64,000 nucleotides of DNA from an uncultured bacterium (GTDB taxonomy: Bacteria > Cyanobacteriota > Vampirovibrionia > Gastranaerophilales > Gastranaerophilaceae). The DNA lies in NCBI GenBank assembly GCA_902783125.1, contig CACZPS010000045.1, forward strand, positions 1,242 to 65,241. Direction: 5' to 3'. The number at the start of each line of letters is the position of its first letter. Position 1 is the stretch's first letter. Positions 38,574 to 48,579 of the stretch are shown here, piece by piece. The notes beneath the pieces were generated by a model that worked only from the letters and a program-made list of their open reading frames with translations, did not search any database and had not been told where the DNA came from. The translations under genes and the position numbers were made by a program.

Positions 38574-38993
38574 ATGGAAAATGAAAAATTAAAATCTGAA
38601 AAAGAAGTCACATCGTATAAGCTGGCATGTGTTATTGCAAGAATTTTAGATGAAAAACTGGCAAAAGATATTACAATCTTGAATATTAGTAATGTATCCT
38701 CGTTTGCGGACTATTTTGTAATCTGTTCAGCAGAGGCAAGCACACAAGTCAAAGCTATGACTGAGGCAGTAAGATTAAAACTGAAAGAGTTCTTCTCCCG
38801 TCAGCCTAACAGAATGGAGAACGATATCCGTAACCGTTGGAATCTTTTGGATTATAGTGATGTTGTCGTTCATATTCTACACAAAGAAGAACGTGAAACT
38901 TATGCAATAGAAAAATTCTGGAATCACGCATTCAGTATTTCAGAAGAAGAATGGCTGAAAGAATCGGAGGAATACTCGGAATATAAAAGATAG
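38574..38993 (+). CDS. rsfS: ribosome silencing factor
   Basis: DITILNISNVSSFADYFVICS, WNLLDYSDVVVHI. Confidence 0.9.
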   Translation: MENEKLKSEKEVTSYKLACVIARILDEKLAKDITILNISNVSSFADYFVICSAEASTQVKAMTEAVRLKLKEFFSRQPNRMENDIRNRWNLLDYSDVVVHILHKEERETYAIEKFWNHAFSISEEEWLKESEEYSEYKR

Positions 38994-39168
38994 GGTAAAT
39001 AAAGAAATTATTATAGCTTTGTTATATAAAACTATTAATCATTTATTAGAATTTATACATACATTTCGAATTAAAATAGAGTAATTAAACTATTTACTAA
39101 TAACTAAAAATACTGTAAAATTGTTACGGCATTATTGAAAAATTAAAATTTTCATAAAAAGGAAAACA

Positions 39169-40245
39169 ATGGAAAATCAAGAAGAAATCAGACAGAATAT
39201 ACAAAAAGTGGTGCTTGCAATGGCAAGAGAACCAAAAAACACTGAGCATTATCATGAACTTGCCAAGTATTATGCAATGCAGGAAGATTATGACAAGGTT
39301 GTTTCTGTATATGAAACACTTTTGTCAATAGACCCGAATGATGAACAGGCATTATTGAATGTGGGCAGTATTTACTATTTTGAAAAAGAATACAGAAAGG
39401 CGCTAAAATACTTTGAAAAAGCTATGTATGCCAACCCGAGCAATTATCTCGTATATTATAATCTTGGAAATACTTATGCAGAGATGAAGAATTTTGCAAA
39501 AGCACTAAGATGGTATTCCAGAACACTTGATTTTGTGTCCAATGAGCCTGAAATATATAACTCAATAGCGCTTTTATATCACGATTTTGAAGATTATGTT
39601 GAGGCAAAAGCATATTATGAAAAAGCGCTTTCATTAGACCCTCAAAATCTCACAGCACTTGTAGATTTGGGGAATGTATGTTTTAAACTGTTCGATTATG
39701 ACGGAGCTTTCAAATATTATTCACAAGTATTTAGTCTGGAACCTGATAACCAAACCGTTGCACTTTGTCTGGCAAACACTCTTTCTCTTATGAAAGATGA
39801 AGAACGTGCCAACATGTATTTTGAAAAAGCACTTATGCTGGATGGTGACAGCAAATATAGAGCATATATTTGTTACGCTATTTCTAAATCAGATTTTGGA
39901 CACTATGACGAAGCAATTGAACTTTACAAAAAAGCTATTGCACTTGAACCTGATCAAGCAAAAGCACACATTTTATTAGGAAATATGTTCTCTAACCAAC
40001 GAAAATTCAAAGAGGCAGAAGAATCTTACAAAAATGCACTTCAAATCACTCAGCTTGATCCGGATTTATATATTCTGATTGCTAACACATATTATATGAA
40101 CAACGAAATTGAACGTTCAATATATTCATACAAAGCTGCAGTCGGTCTTAGCCCTGAAAATGACGAGTTTAAACTTGTTTATATTCAGGTTGTTGAAGAT
40201 TTTATTGAACAAAGCAGAAAAGACGAGATTGTCGCAGATTGGTAG
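39169..40245 (+). CDS. tetratricopeptide (TPR) repeat protein
   Basis: About eight 34-aa repeats with the A..YY..A..LDP.N pattern. Confidence 0.85.
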   Translation: MENQEEIRQNIQKVVLAMAREPKNTEHYHELAKYYAMQEDYDKVVSVYETLLSIDPNDEQALLNVGSIYYFEKEYRKALKYFEKAMYANPSNYLVYYNLGNTYAEMKNFAKALRWYSRTLDFVSNEPEIYNSIALLYHDFEDYVEAKAYYEKALSLDPQNLTALVDLGNVCFKLFDYDGAFKYYSQVFSLEPDNQTVALCLANTLSLMKDEERANMYFEKALMLDGDSKYRAYICYAISKSDFGHYDEAIELYKKAIALEPDQAKAHILLGNMFSNQRKFKEAEESYKNALQITQLDPDLYILIANTYYMNNEIERSIYSYKAAVGLSPENDEFKLVYIQVVEDFIEQSRKDEIVADW

Positions 40246-40262
40246 TTTGAGGTTAAGATAAA

Positions 40263-40664
40263 ATGGAAACACCATCATTTTTTGAAAGAATAATTGTTGT
40301 CACTAATTATATAACATTTGGATTAGTCGGGTTTGCATATCTGATAATAAATGCCATAAGAGGCGGAAGAATGACAACATTTTTGCAATATCATATTTTT
40401 CAGTCATTCTTTTTAGTAATGTTCTATTGGTTGTTATCTGTATTTATTTCTTTGATAGCACAGGTTTTGAGTTTTATCCCGTTCATTAATATACTGATAC
40501 TGAAAATATTATTCTTCTTTAATAATCCTATATTCTTTGGGCATTATTCATTAGTTTCGGGTACGGTATCTCTAATTATAGTATACCTCGTACTTACCTC
40601 AATTCAGGGTCAGTATAGTTATATTCCATGGGTTTCTGACGTTATAAAACGTGCCGTACACTAA
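40263..40664 (+). CDS. membrane protein of unknown function (133 aa)
   Basis: Four hydrophobic helices; no confident family call. Confidence 0.45.
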   Translation: METPSFFERIIVVTNYITFGLVGFAYLIINAIRGGRMTTFLQYHIFQSFFLVMFYWLLSVFISLIAQVLSFIPFINILILKILFFFNNPIFFGHYSLVSGTVSLIIVYLVLTSIQGQYSYIPWVSDVIKRAVH

Positions 40665-40696
40665 TAAAAACCGTGTTAAATAGGTGAAATATATGT

Positions 40697-42010
40697 ATGC
40701 AAAATAAATCAAAAGTAAAAATAATAGGTGGGGGGTTAGCAGGCTCAGAGGCTGCGTTACAGCTTGCAAAGCGTGGAATAGATGTAGAATTATACGAAAT
40801 GCGTCCGAAAAAAACTACAGGAGCGCATGTTACATCTAATTTTGCGGAGTTTGTTTGTTCAAATTCACTGGGATCTTCTGATGTAACCAATGCAAGCGGG
40901 CTTTTGAAAAAAGAAATGGAAATAATGAGCGGAGAACTTATAAAAATCGCCTATGAGTGTTCAGTTCCTGCGGGTAATGCTCTTGCAATCGACAGAGAAC
41001 TATTTTCTAAGACAGTGACTGATAAGATAAAATCAAATAATAAAATTACGGTTATTAATGAAGAAGTTACAGAAATTCCTGACGGGAATGTTATTATTGC
41101 CTCAGGGCCTTTAACAAGTGATAGTTTTGCAAACTCTATAAAAGAATTTACAAAGGCAGAGCATCTGCACTTTTTTGACGCTATTGCACCTATTGTCGAA
41201 AAAGACAGTATAAATTTTGATATAGCATTTTACGGCAGCAGATATGATAAGGGTGAAGCCTCTTATATAAATTGCCCTATGAATAAAGAACAGTATGAAA
41301 AGTTTTATAATTATTTGATAAATGCTCCAAGGATAGAATTAAAAGAGTTTGAAAAAAATGCCAAATTTTTCGAAGGTTGTATGCCGATAGAAGTCATGGC
41401 AGCAAGAGGGGTTGATACCTTGCGTTTTGGACCAATGAAACCCGTCGGGCTTGTTGACAAAAGGACTGATGAAATAAATTATGCTGTTGTTCAATTAAGG
41501 CAAGATAATTCTGCGAAAACATTATACAATCTTGTAGGGTTCCAAACAAACTTAAAATGGAGTGCGCAAAAAGAGTTATTGTCATTAATTCCGGGGTTAG
41601 AAGGGGTAAATATTATAAGATACGGTGTTATGCACAGGAATACGTTTATTAATTCCCCTGAACTTTTGAATCCTACCTTAGAGAGCAGAACAAGAAAAGG
41701 ACTATTCTTTGCAGGTCAAATCACGGGTACCGAAGGATATACGGAATCAATAGCGACAGGCATGCTCTCTGGGATAAACATGGCTCGTTTAATAACGGAT
41801 AAACCATTATTGCAGTTACCTACTGAAACAATGCTGGGTGCGTTGACACATTATATAACATCACCTCAACAAAAACATTTTCAACCGATAAATTCAAACT
41901 GGGCAATAGTCAAAGAAATGGATATTCCCAAAAAGATTAGAAAAAACAAAAAAGAAAAAAATAAAATTTTATCAGACAGGGCACTATCTTCGCTCGAATC
42001 AATATTGTAA
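40697..42010 (+). CDS. trmFO: methylenetetrahydrofolate--tRNA-(uracil54-C5)-methyltransferase
   Basis: IIGGGLAGSEAALQLA FAD fold, CSNSLG, FAGQITGTEGY. Confidence 0.95.
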   Translation: MQNKSKVKIIGGGLAGSEAALQLAKRGIDVELYEMRPKKTTGAHVTSNFAEFVCSNSLGSSDVTNASGLLKKEMEIMSGELIKIAYECSVPAGNALAIDRELFSKTVTDKIKSNNKITVINEEVTEIPDGNVIIASGPLTSDSFANSIKEFTKAEHLHFFDAIAPIVEKDSINFDIAFYGSRYDKGEASYINCPMNKEQYEKFYNYLINAPRIELKEFEKNAKFFEGCMPIEVMAARGVDTLRFGPMKPVGLVDKRTDEINYAVVQLRQDNSAKTLYNLVGFQTNLKWSAQKELLSLIPGLEGVNIIRYGVMHRNTFINSPELLNPTLESRTRKGLFFAGQITGTEGYTESIATGMLSGINMARLITDKPLLQLPTETMLGALTHYITSPQQKHFQPINSNWAIVKEMDIPKKIRKNKKEKNKILSDRALSSLESIL

Positions 42011-42145
42011 ATTATAAAATCAGTTTTAAATTAGATATAATTCAAAACAAAGGTTTGCATATAATATTTTATAATTACGATCATTATGTAGTTTTTAAAT
42101 TTTGTAGTAGCAAATTATTTTTTTATAAGCGTTTATTATATAACC

Positions 42146-43786
42146 ATGAAAGTATCAATTATAAGCGCTTATAATCCAATGTTTTTGTCTAAAACTCAAC
42201 ATAAAACTGATGTTCAGCCTTGCGGAGTTTCTGCCGAATTAGGCGAAATAACCCCTAAAGAGCTTTACGATGAATTTAAAAAAGGCAAACGCCCGACTTA
42301 TGTTCACCTTACTGACACTGACCCGCAAATGAAGAAATTAAAAGAACTTTCTGAAAGGTACAAACAATATTCTACGATTAAAAACAAAAAAGTTTTATTA
42401 AATCACGAACGAAAAATTCTTTATAATGAACTCTCGCATCCTGAATTAACTCTTGCGAGAAATTATAATGAAATTTCCACACTTATCCCAAGAAAAACAA
42501 GTCCTGACATTATTAGAAATATCATAACGAACATGAATCTTATAGGATTAGCAAGAATCGAAAGATTAGATAATCCGTTTAATACACGTCATACAAAAAA
42601 GAAAACTGATTTGCTAAACAAATTATATGAAAACACGGATAGTACAAAACCCTTTGGAAACGATATTATATTTAACAGCGGATTAGCAATCGACGGAGTT
42701 AATGCATCTGCTAAAAAATCATTATATTCTCAAGAGCAGTTAAATTTTAAACCGCTTATAAATAAATTGAAAAAAAATATAAATCAGCCCGAGAAACTTG
42801 ATTGTGTTCTCACAATGAGTAATCCCTCGGATAAAAAAGAAGTCACATCATTGGTAGAACAGATTTTAGGCTCAACCGAAGCCATTCCTGAAGTTAAATT
42901 GCTCGGAGTCTGGGGCGGAGGGAAATACAGAAGTGATAAGAACTTTGAAATATTGAAAAATATCGCCTTAAACAGTGATGAAAAAGATATAAGATTAAGA
43001 GAGTTTGCGCTCCAGTCAAGTGCTTTATACTTAAAAGAAAAGCCTGATGAAGTAATACAAATTATAGATAGTGTCAAAAATGAGGATTCTATTTTTTCTC
43101 CGCTTGCAAATATACTTAAAGATAAAATAACAGGTAATTACCACGGTCAAAATATGAGAGAATACAAATATCATAATCTTTCAGATTCAGAAGTTGAGCT
43201 TATTGAAGATTTTAAAAAAGAAAATTTATATGTAAACAAGCTCAATACACACAAAATGAATAGTATAGATATGGATTTGATTCAGTATAGAGAGATTATG
43301 AAAAAGAATCCTGAAATCCTGAATAAAATAGCTATAATAAACGATACTTACACAAAAATATATAAAGAAGAAACCGGAAAGCGAAATTTTACTCAAGGTT
43401 TGTATAATAGCGGAAACTTTACTGATTCTGTTACGGATTTACAAACAAATGAAATGATTATAACTAATAAAAAAACTATCGGAGAAAGCTCATATCAGTC
43501 AGTTATTGCACATGAAGAAGGTCATCAACTTAATGCGATGTTTTATTCTCAAGATGATAAAAAATTATCAAAATTATACAAAAAAGCCCTAAAAGAAAAC
43601 AGAATAATGGGAGATTACGCAGGGCGGAATGAAAGTGAATATTTTGCGACAGGCTGTGAAGCGTATGCGACGACATACAAACCGCACAAATACCTTTTAA
43701 CAGAATGGGGACTGACAAAATATACACTTATGTCAAAAGACCCTGAGCTGTATAAATTCATTACTAAAATCCTGAAAAAATACTAA
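42146..43786 (+). CDS. hypothetical protein with C-terminal HExxH metallopeptidase-like (ATLF-like) region
   Basis: VIAHEEGHQL followed ~36 aa later by NESEYFATGCEAY. This is the same spacing logic as the anthrax lethal-factor-type HExxH...E(F/Y)FAE motif. The N-terminal 450 aa are unassigned. Confidence 0.5.
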   Translation: MKVSIISAYNPMFLSKTQHKTDVQPCGVSAELGEITPKELYDEFKKGKRPTYVHLTDTDPQMKKLKELSERYKQYSTIKNKKVLLNHERKILYNELSHPELTLARNYNEISTLIPRKTSPDIIRNIITNMNLIGLARIERLDNPFNTRHTKKKTDLLNKLYENTDSTKPFGNDIIFNSGLAIDGVNASAKKSLYSQEQLNFKPLINKLKKNINQPEKLDCVLTMSNPSDKKEVTSLVEQILGSTEAIPEVKLLGVWGGGKYRSDKNFEILKNIALNSDEKDIRLREFALQSSALYLKEKPDEVIQIIDSVKNEDSIFSPLANILKDKITGNYHGQNMREYKYHNLSDSEVELIEDFKKENLYVNKLNTHKMNSIDMDLIQYREIMKKNPEILNKIAIINDTYTKIYKEETGKRNFTQGLYNSGNFTDSVTDLQTNEMIITNKKTIGESSYQSVIAHEEGHQLNAMFYSQDDKKLSKLYKKALKENRIMGDYAGRNESEYFATGCEAYATTYKPHKYLLTEWGLTKYTLMSKDPELYKFITKILKKY

Positions 43787-43788
43787 AA

Positions 43789-44883
43789 TTATACATTGAA
43801 TCTAAAATGAACGAGGTCACCGTCTTGGATAACGTATTCTTTACCCTCTATTCTCGTAACACCTTTATCTTTACAAGCAGGATAAGAACCAAGTTCAACA
43901 AAATCTTTATATGGAGTAATTTCTGCCCTTATAAATCCTTTTTCAAAATCAGTGTGAATAACTCCCGCAGCCTGAGGTGCTTTTGTTCCTTCTTTAACAG
44001 TCCAAGCTCGGACTTCTTTTTCTCCTGCTGTTATAAAGGTTAAGAGCTTTAACAATGAATATACAGATTTAATCATTTTATCTATACCGCTATCTTCAAC
44101 CCCAAGGTCAGCAAGATATTCTTTTGCTTCATCTTTCCCAAGTGCCACAAGTTCTTCTTCAATTTTCGCTGAAATAATAACTGTTTTAGCGTTATGTTCA
44201 GATGCGTATTTTTCAACCTGTTTAGTGTATTCATTACCCGATTGCAAATCTGTTTCAGCAACGTTTGCACAATATATAACAGGTTTCACAGACATCAGGT
44301 TCATCTGTTTCAAAACACCTATTTCTTCTTCATCAAAATGTTCTTCCGGGTTTATAAAAGAGCCTTCAGACAATAAATCTGATACTTTTTTAAGAACTTT
44401 GTCCTCAAGAACGGCAAGTTTATCACCCGATTTTACCTGTTTAAGTATTCTTGCCTGACGTTTTTCTATTGACGCCAAATCCGCCAAAATAAGCTCTGTA
44501 TTAATGATTTCAATATCACTCAAAGGATCAACCTTATTTTCTCTGACAATATTTTCATCATCAAAACATCTCACAACTTGAATAATTGCATCGACTTCTC
44601 TTATGTTATGTAAAAACTGGTTTCCAAGCCCCTCACCTTTACTTGCACCTTTAACAAGCCCTGCAATATCAACAAATTCAATGGCTGTCGGGATAATATT
44701 ATTTGTTTTACAAAGTTTTGCAAGTATTTCTAAACGTTCATCAGGTACTGTTACAACCCCAACATTAGGCTCAATCGTACAAAACGGATAGTTTGCACTT
44801 TGTGCATTCATTGACGAAGTCAATGCGTTAAATAATGTTGATTTTCCTACATTTGGTAGTCCTACTATACCTGCTCTTAACAT
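43789..44883 (-). CDS. ychF: redox-regulated ATPase YchF
   Basis: GIVGLPNVGKSTLFNALT, DIAGLVKGAS, C-terminal TGS-like domain. Confidence 0.95.
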   Translation of the reverse strand: MLRAGIVGLPNVGKSTLFNALTSSMNAQSANYPFCTIEPNVGVVTVPDERLEILAKLCKTNNIIPTAIEFVDIAGLVKGASKGEGLGNQFLHNIREVDAIIQVVRCFDDENIVRENKVDPLSDIEIINTELILADLASIEKRQARILKQVKSGDKLAVLEDKVLKKVSDLLSEGSFINPEEHFDEEEIGVLKQMNLMSVKPVIYCANVAETDLQSGNEYTKQVEKYASEHNAKTVIISAKIEEELVALGKDEAKEYLADLGVEDSGIDKMIKSVYSLLKLLTFITAGEKEVRAWTVKEGTKAPQAAGVIHTDFEKGFIRAEITPYKDFVELGSYPACKDKGVTRIEGKEYVIQDGDLVHFRFNV

Positions 44884-44969
44884 TTTTTCTCCTTTTACTT
44901 ATTGCCGGGCAAGTGTCACAACCTGCTTTCTGTAATTATAATTAAAGATTATATATAAAAACTATTAAT

Positions 44970-45000
44970 AATTTTCCATTTTCCATTTTCAATTTTCCAT
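44970..45000 (-). repeat. ATGGAAAAT-type tandem repeat overlapping the deoC stop codon
   Basis: Minus strand reads ATGGAAAATTGAAAATGGAAAATGGAAAATT. Its first unit encodes the last three codons plus the stop (MEN*) of deoC. Confidence 0.9.
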
Positions 45001-45639
45001 TATTAAAACCCCAGAGCTTGTGCCGAGTCTATCAGCTCCAGCGTTTATCATAGCAATAGCGCTTTCTCTATCACGAATCCCGCCTGATGCTTTTACTCTC
45101 AATCCATGTGATTTTACAACCTCTGACATCAGTTTAACATCATCTTCTTTTGCACCGACTCCGCCTTTTACAAAACCTGTCGAGGTTTTTACTAAATCAG
45201 CTCCCGCTTTAATACACAACTCACAAGCAGTCCCGATTTCATCTTTTGTCAGCAAATCCGTTTCTAATATCACTTTAAGGTTATGATTAGAACAAACTTC
45301 TTTTACGGATTTAATGTCATTAATCACATAATCGTAATCTTTATCCTTGAGCTTTGATACGTTTATAACCATATCGACTTCATCAGCTCCGTCTGCAATC
45401 GCTTTTTGGGTTTCAAAAACTTTAACATCGGTAGAGTTTGCACCTAAAGGAAAACCAATAACTGTGACAACTTTAACCCCGTATTTTTGAACTTTTTCAA
45501 CTGCATCTTTGACATAAGCAGGATTTATACAAACCCCAAAAAACTTATTATCAATAGCTTCTTGGTATAATTTTTCAAAATCTTCTTTTTTTGCATCTTG
45601 CTTCAACAAAGTGTGTTCAATATATTTATTAAGTTCCAT
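44989..45639 (-). CDS. deoC: deoxyribose-phosphate aldolase
   Basis: IEHTLLK, VKTSTGF (Schiff-base Lys), VKASGGIR. Confidence 0.95.
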   Translation of the reverse strand: MELNKYIEHTLLKQDAKKEDFEKLYQEAIDNKFFGVCINPAYVKDAVEKVQKYGVKVVTVIGFPLGANSTDVKVFETQKAIADGADEVDMVINVSKLKDKDYDYVINDIKSVKEVCSNHNLKVILETDLLTKDEIGTACELCIKAGADLVKTSTGFVKGGVGAKEDDVKLMSEVVKSHGLRVKASGGIRDRESAIAMINAGADRLGTSSGVLIMEN

Positions 45640-45839
45640 AATTCAGCCCTCTTATTATTTATATTATCACGAACAAAAGTGTTTAGTGATTTTATATACA
45701 ATGTGAAGGCAAATTTATATACATAATAAATATTAGGGGTAAAAATATAAATAAGGCGTTGAAGCGTTAAGAAATAGTGAAAAAACGAGTAGTGTTTTTC
45801 TTTCAAATTCTCGTTATACTCCTTATTGTGAATTAAAAT

Positions 45840-46037
45840 GAGAACAACGAACAACCTTGTTTCAAGTATTGAAACGGGTATTTCTTAAGTCTTGTTGTTA
45901 TGGAAAAGAATAGAACAATCTACACGATAAGTTTCTTAAACAAGGTTGGACTAAGCCTCTGTCCCTTTTTCATTTTGTTTTGCAAAAAATCGCTAAGCAA
46001 GGTTGGGCAAAAATGAAATTTGCCCGCCTTTTTTAAT
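45840..46037 (+). ncRNA. candidate structured RNA (sRNA or terminator/antiterminator leader)
   Basis: Hairpin 45859-45875. An 11-nt perfect complement between 45852-45862 and 45938-45948. A second copy of CAAGGTTGG at 45998-46006 forms the left arm of the terminator at 46001-46034. No ORF on this strand. Confidence 0.35.
46001..46034 (+). terminator. intrinsic terminator ending a plus-strand non-coding transcript or leader
   Basis: GG(TT)GGGCAAA-AATGAAA-TTTGCCC(G)CC followed by TTTTTT. There is no plus-strand ORF upstream. Confidence 0.7.
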
Positions 46038-46222
46038 TTGTAACTACTTGATTATTAGTGAGCACGCCACGCTTTACCCGCCTTACTACTACGAACACAA
46101 GATACTAATATGCACAGTAACCATATCTAAAAGAACACTACAGCGATTTTGAAGGAATATCAAACAACATTGATTTATTAATAAAACTAGCAAAATTTAT
46201 TTTTTACAAGTTTTAATAAAAT

Positions 46223-47095
46223 ATGAATATTCAAACAAATTATACAAATAAATTAAATAATAACAGTTTAAGTTTTTCTGCTAATAAATCTGAACAGACA
46301 AATATAAATGACCTAAGAAAAGAATTTAAGTCTGAGATTAATCGAAATGCGTATTATGGAAAGGATTTAGTAAAAACCTCTAATACGAAAAGCGAAATTC
46401 CTGAGGATTTAAAAATATTGTTTGAGGATTTAAAAGGAAAAGAAGGCAAGGAATTTGCAGAGGTTGCCTATAAAGGATTGATTAAACATTATAAACTGGA
46501 GGGTGTTGTTCCTGATAAATTATATTGGGATAAAACATGCAAAGGTTCAAATTTGGATATCGTAAGTGATTACAGATGGTACGAGAATAATGTTGTTTTA
46601 TACGAAGATTTATTTTTAAATTCAGGTAAGACAAAAGAAGAACAATTCGGATTTATTGCACACGAAGTTACCCACATGAAACAACTGGTAAATATAATGC
46701 AAACGGAAGATTTACCGTTAACAACAGTTGCTACTGCCTTTGCCATATTTGATTTTAATTCGACTTTATCAAGAAATCCTGTTGCTCAACAACAATTTAG
46801 GCAAGCAAAACAAAACGGAAAAGAAAAAGAATATACAAGATTTATGCTCGGGAACTTAGCTCGTAAAAACTATGGAGAATTATCAACATCCTTTAAAGAC
46901 GCTCTAAATTCACCTAAACATCCGCTTAGTTCACCAAATGGACAAAAAGCACTCAGGGATTTAGATTCTTGGTCTAAATACAACAGTCATGATTGGAATA
47001 CTTATTCTGGCATTCTTGTAGAAAAAGAAGCTTTTGATGAAGAAAATAAAATGAGAGCTATTTACAGAAATTATATGAATAAAAAAAAGAGGTAG
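46223..47095 (+). CDS. hypothetical protein with HExxHxxQ motif
   Basis: FIAHEVTHMKQ resembles the DUF4157/zincin-like HExxHxxQ signature. Otherwise unassigned. Confidence 0.45.
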   Translation: MNIQTNYTNKLNNNSLSFSANKSEQTNINDLRKEFKSEINRNAYYGKDLVKTSNTKSEIPEDLKILFEDLKGKEGKEFAEVAYKGLIKHYKLEGVVPDKLYWDKTCKGSNLDIVSDYRWYENNVVLYEDLFLNSGKTKEEQFGFIAHEVTHMKQLVNIMQTEDLPLTTVATAFAIFDFNSTLSRNPVAQQQFRQAKQNGKEKEYTRFMLGNLARKNYGELSTSFKDALNSPKHPLSSPNGQKALRDLDSWSKYNSHDWNTYSGILVEKEAFDEENKMRAIYRNYMNKKKR

Positions 47096-47215
47096 ATGTA
47101 TTACATTTTTATAATTATCGATATGTTCTATAATTGTATACGCAAAATGAACAATATAAATTGCTATATATACTAACCATTTGAGATTTATTTTGTTTTT
47201 TGTATAATTAGGTCT

Positions 47216-48115
47216 ATGAAAAGATTTATTATTTTAGTTTTAATGATAGCTGTCACAATGGGTAATTTTGCTTATGCAAAAACACAAGAAGAAGTTTTGC
47301 CGATAAAAGAGCGACTAAACAACTCTAAACCGACTTATGCAAACAAGTACTCAATCGTTAAGTTCTTTCAGGAACACGTTTATTATGCTAATGAAAATGA
47401 TTTGAGCAACTTTATCAAACTTTATGCTCCTACATATATCAGCAACGACGGATTCAATCTGACATCTACAAGAGAGTTATTTTCAGATCTCTGGAAGCAA
47501 TATAACGGGATAAAATATAAAAACAAAGTTAATTCAGCTGCGTTCTATGGTGACACCGCCATTGTCAATGTGTCGGAATCCGCTTTTGCAAATATAGCGG
47601 GTGATGCCAGAAAAGGCACATTAAAAAGCTATGTTGATGTTATATACTATCTGGAAAGAAAAGGTAACAGCTGGATTATTACAGGCGAAAACGTTATAAC
47701 TGAAGAAATAATCATAAGCTGGGGAGATGCAAGAAGTGTGGCAATGTATCTTGAAGCACCACAACTAGTGAGCTCCGGAGAAGAATACAGCGCAAAGTTA
47801 TTCATCGCGCCGCCAAGAGGAATTTTTGCAATAGGCTCTATCAGCAACGAAATTGTATCCTATCCGCAAAAACCTCAAAAAGATGTGTTTAAAAAATTCT
47901 CGCAAGATTATACTATCGAACGTATTATGATGGCTAACTCCAAAGATACAAACGAATATGTTGTTGCATCAATCGGTTATTCAAGACCGACTAATAACCA
48001 ATCAGGCGGAGTGAATGTTAATTTATCAGGCTATGCTTGTTTAATAAGACGGGTCAACGTTGTTCCTAAAAATAAATATATTGAGGTAAAAAGTGAAAAT
48101 AAACAATCAAAATAA
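47216..48115 (+). CDS. secreted protein of unknown function (299 aa)
   Basis: Signal peptide MKRFIILVLMIAVTMGNFAYA. No recognisable motif. Confidence 0.55.
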   Translation: MKRFIILVLMIAVTMGNFAYAKTQEEVLPIKERLNNSKPTYANKYSIVKFFQEHVYYANENDLSNFIKLYAPTYISNDGFNLTSTRELFSDLWKQYNGIKYKNKVNSAAFYGDTAIVNVSESAFANIAGDARKGTLKSYVDVIYYLERKGNSWIITGENVITEEIIISWGDARSVAMYLEAPQLVSSGEEYSAKLFIAPPRGIFAIGSISNEIVSYPQKPQKDVFKKFSQDYTIERIMMANSKDTNEYVVASIGYSRPTNNQSGGVNVNLSGYACLIRRVNVVPKNKYIEVKSENKQSK

Positions 48116-48578
48116 GTTCTTTAATCCAATACCGTATTTTATTGCTTGTTTACTTACTTTTATCTGTTTTAACTCCGTTTTAACCAACAAAATTCTGCAT
48201 AATATATTTTTATCAAACGAAAATTTTAAGTTTATTGATATAATCTATGTCCAAAATACAGGGGCAGCCTTCTCATCATTCCAGCACGCTACATTATTTC
48301 TCATAATAATATCAATATTAGCGATTATTATATTATTATATGAGCTTTTTAAAGATATTCATAAATATACAACTTCTACTTATTTTGCATCAGCTATGCT
48401 TATTTCAGGAATTTTTTGTAACACTTACGAAAGAATTACTCTTGGCTATGTTCGTGATTATATCAGTCTTAAATTCATTAAGTTTCCTGTATTCAATATA
48501 TCAGATATATTAATTAACTTAGGTGTTCTTGTTATAATAATATTGATTGTTACAAAGAGATATAAACGAGCAAAATAA
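48093..48578 (+). CDS. lspA: lipoprotein signal peptidase (signal peptidase II)
   Basis: VQNTGAAFS and FPVFNISDILINLG catalytic-Asp regions. GTG start with GAGGT 5 nt upstream; overlaps the preceding ORF by 23 nt. Confidence 0.85.
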   Translation: MKINNQNKFFNPIPYFIACLLTFICFNSVLTNKILHNIFLSNENFKFIDIIYVQNTGAAFSSFQHATLFLIIISILAIIILLYELFKDIHKYTTSTYFASAMLISGIFCNTYERITLGYVRDYISLKFIKFPVFNISDILINLGVLVIIILIVTKRYKRAK

Positions 48579-48579
48579 C

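Noticed and set aside
40642-40890. 82-aa minus-strand ORF overlapping the trmFO start
   Set aside because: It is antisense to the highly conserved FAD-binding N-terminus of TrmFO and has no independent support.
45603-45854. 83-aa ORF on the minus strand upstream of deoC
   Set aside because: It overlaps the deoC start region and promoter, has Asn/Ile/Tyr-rich junk composition and has no SD.
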